Source: Gemmatimonadota bacterium | GTDB lineage: Bacteria; Gemmatimonadota; Gemmatimonadetes; Longimicrobiales; RSA9 | Reading direction: 5' to 3' | Length of the DNA: 49,545 nucleotides | Assembly (NCBI GenBank): GCA_019689775.1 | Contig: JADGGV010000001.1 | Coordinates: 1-49,545, forward strand | In this document: in pieces, positions 45,541 to 49,545 of the stretch | Numbering within the stretch: the stretch's first letter is position 1 | Layout of the letters: the number at the start of each line of letters is the position of its first letter | Notes under the pieces: generated by a model | What the model was told of the DNA's origin: nothing | Database searches by the model: none | Seen by the model: only the letters and a program-made list of their open reading frames with translations | Translations under genes and position numbers: made by a program

Positions 45541-46849
45541 GGCGGAGGAAGAAGGGGGTGCGTTTCGAGAAGTCGACGGGGAGCGCCCGCCGCACCTCGT
45601 CGAGGAGCTCGGGCGTGACCTCGGCGCGGCCGTGCTCGCGGGCGAAGCGCTCGACGCGAGCGACGACGACGGCGCGAACGAAGCTCGGGATCCGGTCGAT
45701 GCGCCGGCGCGCCTCGCGGGTCCAGGCGAGCTCGTGGCGGGCGGCGGCGCCGTAGGTCACGGGACGGCGCGGCTCGATCGGCGGCAGCATGCCGGAGGGC
45801 TCGTAGGCGCAGGCGCCGTCGGCGGCGAGCACGTCGCCGGTTTCGGCGTACGCACGGGCGCGGCAGCCGCCGCAGACGTGCCGGTACTCGCACGCGCCGC
45901 AGCGCCCGCCGAGGCGGCCGGCCCGCAGCTCGGCGAGGAGGGGCGAGGCGCGCCAGACAGTGGCGAAGTCGTCTTGCCGGAGATCCCCGGCCACGAGTGG
46001 CAGGTACGGGCAGGGCGTGAGCTTCCCCTCCGGGGTGATCCGGCAGTACTGCACGCCGCAGGGGCAGCGCGTCGCGTAGTTGAGGAGCGGCGAGTCAGGG
46101 TCGTCCTCGAGCGCGATGCGCATGATCTGCGGGTGGCACTTCGAGCGGACCATCATGCGTCCGCGGTACTCGCGCTCGAGCCGGACGAGCCGCCGGAGGA
46201 CGGCCTCGTTCTCGGCGGGCTCGAGGCCGCGCATGGCACCGCCTCGTCCGGTGGCGACGAGGAAGTAGACGTTGAAGGCGACGGCGCCGCGGGCGGCCGC
46301 CCACTCCGCGAGGGCTTCAAGCTCGTCGCAGTTCCCGCGGGTCAGGGTGGTCTGGACGATGAAGTCGAGGTCGGCGGTGCGGAGGCGCTCAACCGCCGCC
46401 AGGGTGTCCGCCAGCGCGCCCGCGCCATGGCGGAACCGGTCGTGGTAGCGCGGCCGGAGCGAGTCGATGCTTACGGCGACGCCCTGGACGCCGGCGCCCT
46501 GGAGCGAACGGATCCGCTCGGCGCTGAGCAGCGTGCCGTTCGTGCCGACGACCACGGTCGCGCCCCGGGCGGCGGCGTGGGCGGCGATCTCCTCGAGGTC
46601 CGCACGGAGCAGCGGCTCGCCGCCGCTCAGGATGAACAGAGGCGCCGGATTCACCCCGAGGATCTCGTCCGTGATGCGCCGGCACTCGGCCGTCGTGAGG
46701 TCGGACCCGGTCGCGTGCCAGGCGCCCGCGGCGATGTAGCAGTGCGAGCACGCCAGGTTGCACCGCCGGGTCAGGTTCCAGGCGACGACGTGTGGGACGG
46801 CGGCGTCCGCACGCGCGTCCATAGGGGGCGCCTCGAGCGAGCCCGCCAT
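45530..46849 (-). CDS. Radical SAM/SPASM protein of the AhbC/AhbD/NirJ type, fused to a C-terminal PCP_red-like domain
   Basis: The N-terminal cluster motif is VVAWNLTRRCNLACSHCY (CxxxCxxC). The SPASM-like Cys cluster is CPCGVQYCRITPEGKLTPCPY...CGACEYRHVCGGCRARAY. The C-terminus reads LAWTREARRRIDRIPSFVRAVVVARVERFAREHG. The start could be 46849, 46822 or 46888. Its 3' end overlaps the CydA-like ATG by 11 nt. Confidence 0.78.
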   Translation of the reverse strand: MAGSLEAPPMDARADAAVPHVVAWNLTRRCNLACSHCYIAAGAWHATGSDLTTAECRRITDEILGVNPAPLFILSGGEPLLRADLEEIAAHAAARGATVVVGTNGTLLSAERIRSLQGAGVQGVAVSIDSLRPRYHDRFRHGAGALADTLAAVERLRTADLDFIVQTTLTRGNCDELEALAEWAAARGAVAFNVYFLVATGRGGAMRGLEPAENEAVLRRLVRLEREYRGRMMVRSKCHPQIMRIALEDDPDSPLLNYATRCPCGVQYCRITPEGKLTPCPYLPLVAGDLRQDDFATVWRASPLLAELRAGRLGGRCGACEYRHVCGGCRARAYAETGDVLAADGACAYEPSGMLPPIEPRRPVTYGAAARHELAWTREARRRIDRIPSFVRAVVVARVERFAREHGRAEVTPELLDEVRRALPVDFSKRTPFFLRHDA

Positions 46850-46892
46850 GACCACATCCCGCCGGCTTCCGCCCGGGACGCCGCGCATCGCC

Positions 46893-48920
46893 TCAGGCCC
46901 CGCGAGAGTCGGCCAGGGACTCGATCGCGCGCTTCGCCTCCTGCGGCGTCACCCCCTTGAAGTCGACCGGACACTTCTCCATCGACGCCTCGATGTCGCG
47001 GATCGGGCAGCGCGTGACGCCGGACGAGCGGGCCTCGTCGATGAACCGGCGCATCTCGGGAGAGAGCGCCTCGACGCCCTCCGCCTCCGCCTTGAGTTGC
47101 TTGGCCTGAAGCTCCTTGAACATCACGAGCATGGTGTCGAGGTCGAACTCGTCGGCCTCGATCATCGCCTGGCGGTTTTCGTCCATGACCCGGGTGGTCA
47201 CGCGCCAGATCCCGTGCTCGCGGGCGAAGCGCTCGACGGTGTTGCGGGCGAGCGGCCGGGCGATCAGCGGGACGAGCGAGAGGCGCTCGAACGCCTCGGC
47301 CGTCCACACGACGGGGTCCCGGGCGGTCCGCGGCCGCAGCGAGACGTGCCCGGTGTACGGGCAGCGTGCCTCCACCATCGGCACGTCCGGCTCCGGGTCG
47401 GCGTCGTGCCCCTCGACGACGGTCCGGCGCATCGCCTCCTCGGCCTTCAGCTCTGCCAGCGCCAGCTCCTCGGCGGTGCCGATCCCCATGATGAGCTGCA
47501 TGTGCGTGGGGAGGAGCTTCCGGATCGCCTCGTCGAGGCGCTCGTTGGTGACAATCGGCAGCACCGGATCGCGGCCGTCCGGCGATGGTCCGCCGGCGCC
47601 GCCGTCGGCGGGAGCGCCGTAATGCTCGAGGACGAACTCCTCGACGGCCTTCCGGGCGATCCCGAGCGCGAACGGCGGGACGCGGAGGATGCGCACCTCC
47701 GCCTCCGGCGCCCACTCCAGCCCGGTCTGCCCGTCCTCCTCGATCCAGGGGATATCCTCCGGGTGCACCGCCTCCGTCCCGACCAGGAGCACGCTGGACG
47801 GCGCCAGGCGGACCAGGTTCTCGGCCTGCGAGCCGAGGTCGGTCCCCGCGATCCGGTGCGAGCCGTGGCGCGCGATGACGAGGAGCGACGGGCGAATCTC
47901 CTGCGCCCATTGGAGGATCACCTGGAACGGCTTGCCGATCAGGATCTGCGTGTGCAGCTCGACGTCCGGGAACTCCGACGCCATCACCTGCGCCCGCTTG
48001 ATGTTCGCCTGCGTCAGCTTGAGGAGTCCCTTGTCGATGATGTTGTTGTGAAGCTCCTCCTGCTCCTCGAACTTGAAGACCTTCGAGGCCTGGACCGACA
48101 GCACGTCCTTGATGTTGTGGAAGACGGCGTGGTGGTACTCGACGTCGAACGCGCTGCACACGTAGAGCACGGCCTCGAACTCCCGAGCCAGCTCCAGCGC
48201 GACGCGCAGCGCCTTGTACGCGTACGCGGAGCCGTCCACGCAGACCATGAACCGGCCGCCCCGCAGCGGGGTGGCGTCGCGCACGATCAGGACGTCCTTC
48301 TCCACGCCGCGGACCACCCGCGCGACCACGCCGCCGAGCTGGCTGTAGGCCTGCCGCCCGATCCCGTGCGCCCCGATGGCGACGAGGTCGTAGCGCCGGC
48401 CCGTCGAGCCGGCCAGCTTGTCCTCCGCCGCCTCGTCCTCCGCCTCGATGCGCCCGTTCGCGCCCAGGCGAACGTCGCCGCGGACGCGCGCGCCACCGTC
48501 GTACTTGAACGCGATGTTCGGATCGAAGCCGATCAGGCTCGGGAGCCGCCCCTCCCCGCGGTTCGCCTCCCGGATGATCTCCTCGTAGTTGATCCCCTCG
48601 AGGAGCTGGCGGGTCAGCGGGACTCCCGCCTCCCGACAACGCACGTCGACCTGGTCCAGGAAGCTGTCCGAGATGAGCTGGAGCCCCTTCTCGATCAGCT
48701 TGTCGTGGACCTTGCGTTGCCGCTTGATCTCCTCAGGGGTCTGGAACCGTGCGGGGAGGCCGGTCTCGAGCTGGCGGAAGCGGATGTCGTGCAGGCGGGC
48801 GGCGTAGACGTGGGTGCCTGTGATGCGCCCCCGTGAGCGGCGTGCCAGCTCGATGGCGCGATCCACGGCCCAGTCCGAGCACGCCGAGTTGTCAACGGGG
48901 ACCAGGATTTCCCGATACAT
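46893..48920 (-). CDS. Tandem universal stress protein (USP) domains fused to two PCP_red-like domains
   Basis: USP domain 1 is MYREILVPVDNSACSDWAVDRAIELA...DLVAIGAHG...VLIV. USP domain 2 is FMVCVDGSAYAYKALRVALELA...LLVIARHGSH...VLLV. The two PCP_red-like blocks are LEWAPEAEVRILRVPPFALGIARKAVEEFVLEHYG and VVWTAEAFERLSLVPLIARPLARNTVERFAREHG. GAGG lies upstream of the ATG at 48920. The tracked ORF extends to 49184 through an Arg-rich, non-protein-like stretch. Confidence 0.75.
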   Translation of the reverse strand: MYREILVPVDNSACSDWAVDRAIELARRSRGRITGTHVYAARLHDIRFRQLETGLPARFQTPEEIKRQRKVHDKLIEKGLQLISDSFLDQVDVRCREAGVPLTRQLLEGINYEEIIREANRGEGRLPSLIGFDPNIAFKYDGGARVRGDVRLGANGRIEAEDEAAEDKLAGSTGRRYDLVAIGAHGIGRQAYSQLGGVVARVVRGVEKDVLIVRDATPLRGGRFMVCVDGSAYAYKALRVALELAREFEAVLYVCSAFDVEYHHAVFHNIKDVLSVQASKVFKFEEQEELHNNIIDKGLLKLTQANIKRAQVMASEFPDVELHTQILIGKPFQVILQWAQEIRPSLLVIARHGSHRIAGTDLGSQAENLVRLAPSSVLLVGTEAVHPEDIPWIEEDGQTGLEWAPEAEVRILRVPPFALGIARKAVEEFVLEHYGAPADGGAGGPSPDGRDPVLPIVTNERLDEAIRKLLPTHMQLIMGIGTAEELALAELKAEEAMRRTVVEGHDADPEPDVPMVEARCPYTGHVSLRPRTARDPVVWTAEAFERLSLVPLIARPLARNTVERFAREHGIWRVTTRVMDENRQAMIEADEFDLDTMLVMFKELQAKQLKAEAEGVEALSPEMRRFIDEARSSGVTRCPIRDIEASMEKCPVDFKGVTPQEAKRAIESLADSRGA

Positions 48921-49297
48921 TCTCGCCTCGATCCAGCGCAGGGAATCCGCGGAAGCACGGTCATTTCCGGGCCCGGCGCGAGATCGGACGGGTGCGCGGC
49001 ACGAAGAGGTCCCAGGCAAGACACCGAGGGGGTCCCGCTTCCGCCAGTGGCGCCCGAAGCGAACCTTCGGACGCGGCTGCACAGTCACCGTCTCGCGAAG
49101 ACCGCAGCGGAAAGACGCGTCGCTTCTGCCGCAAAACAGCGGGTCGGCCGGGCGCGAGCGCCCGAGCCGGCCTGTCATCGGCACCGGTCGAGGTCTTGCT
49201 GTGCGACGCCGCCAGGTCCCGGAGGGCGGGGCGGCAAAGAGATGGCAGCGAGCGAGCTCGCCTGCGGTCGAAGCGGTCTTTGGTTGCGGATGAGGCG

Positions 49298-49326
49298 ATA
49301 ATAAGGAGCGGCGCGAGGGCTGTCAA
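49298..49326 (-). promoter_or_regulatory. Near-consensus sigma70-type promoter upstream of the respiratory locus
   Basis: The minus strand reads TTGACA-N17-TATTAT. Such a match is very improbable by chance in roughly 70% GC DNA. It lies about 370 nt upstream of the USP-gene ATG. Confidence 0.6.
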
Positions 49327-49351
49327 CAGCGGCGGCGCGGCGCCGGGCGCG

Positions 49352-49545
49352 CTAGGCGGCGGCGGGTGTGGTGAGATGGCGCAGGAGGCGGGGCGACGCG
49401 GCGAGTGAAACCGCGAGAAGTGCCGCGGTAACCGTCACCTCGGCGCCGCCGCCGGCGAGCGGGGGTACAGCCGCGCGGGCCGCGGCGGCCAGGGCGGCGT
49501 GGAGGCCGTGGAACGGGCTGGCCGCGGCGAGGAGCGCCCACGGGC
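49352..49545 (-). CDS. 3' end of an unidentified gene whose start lies beyond the window (last 63 codons)
   Basis: The minus-strand frame that is open to the window edge has strongly G/C third positions (...PWALLAAASPFHGLHAALAAAARAAVPPLAGGGAEVTVTAALLAVSLAASPRLLRHLTTPAAA*). Its stop is the TAG at 49354-49352. It is hydrophobic and not identifiable. Confidence 0.35.
   Translation of the reverse strand, partial: PWALLAAASPFHGLHAALAAAARAAVPPLAGGGAEVTVTAALLAVSLAASPRLLRHLTTPAAA

Noticed and set aside
49045-49051. A GCCACTG heptamer on the minus strand of the long leader resembles the conserved core of cobalamin riboswitches.
   Set aside because: I could not find the flanking conserved elements in the expected arrangement (GGUG..AAUCC, the B12 box AG.CAG..ACCUGCC). 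An isolated 7-mer is not evidence, so it needs cmscan.
48921-49184. This is an upstream in-frame extension of 88 codons on the USP gene. The region also overlaps tracked ORFs at 48961-49326 on the minus strand and 48814-49293 and 48833-49408 on the plus strand.
   Set aside because: The composition is Arg-rich and non-globular. USP domains normally begin at the M-x-x-ILV-x-VD motif found at 48920, which also has a GAGG ribosome-binding site. The 121-aa ORF would start inside the promoter.

Overview
This is a high-GC (about 70%) bacterial chromosomal segment, densely coding and almost entirely core or housekeeping. I saw no tRNA or rRNA genes, CRISPR arrays, transposases, integrases or phage genes. 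The gene content (MglA/MglB, FlgD-Ig-type C-terminal domains, SPOR and Omp85 fusion proteins, an aa3 oxidase operon) fits a Gemmatimonadota-like or FCB-related organism, but that is only an inference.

Layout:
- 1-6344 lies mostly on the + strand: the tail of a MacB-type ABC transporter, a BshB1-like deacetylase, and iscS-mnmA.
- 6354-16869 (- strand): grpE-dnaJ, then cinA/pgsA/mglA/mglB/recR/ybaB, then yraN/dnaX.
- 17013-17121 (- strand): a clear SRP RNA (ffs) with a near-consensus promoter.
- 17657-31337 (- strand, after one + strand CoA-binding gene at 17206-17646): DAHP synthase, an MBL hydrolase, an S8 peptidase, smc, a SPOR protein, a 1110-aa protease/propeller/Omp85 fusion, and rsfS.
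- 31557-33544 (- strand): the rpsF-rpsR-rplI operon.
- 33674-49326 (- strand): a roughly 15.6 kb tightly packed respiratory locus.

The most interesting part is the promoter-proximal half of that respiratory locus:
- a tandem-USP protein carrying two PCP_red-like domains;
- an AhbD/NirJ-like radical SAM/SPASM enzyme, also fused to a PCP_red-like domain;
- a CydA-like cytochrome bd homologue with no CydB;
- three membrane-anchored c-type cytochromes with five CxxCH sites in total, one also carrying an EB_dh-like domain;
- a lipoprotein with a putative type-1 copper site.

These genes sit directly upstream of ctaCDEF-ctaB, in the position where complex III or ACIII genes often lie. I interpret this as a candidate uncharacterised quinol-oxidising, cytochrome-c-linked respiratory module with its own haem-tailoring genes. 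That interpretation is inference from motifs read by eye, with no database search behind it. The many long ORFs antisense to or overlapping the called genes are treated as high-GC artefacts.
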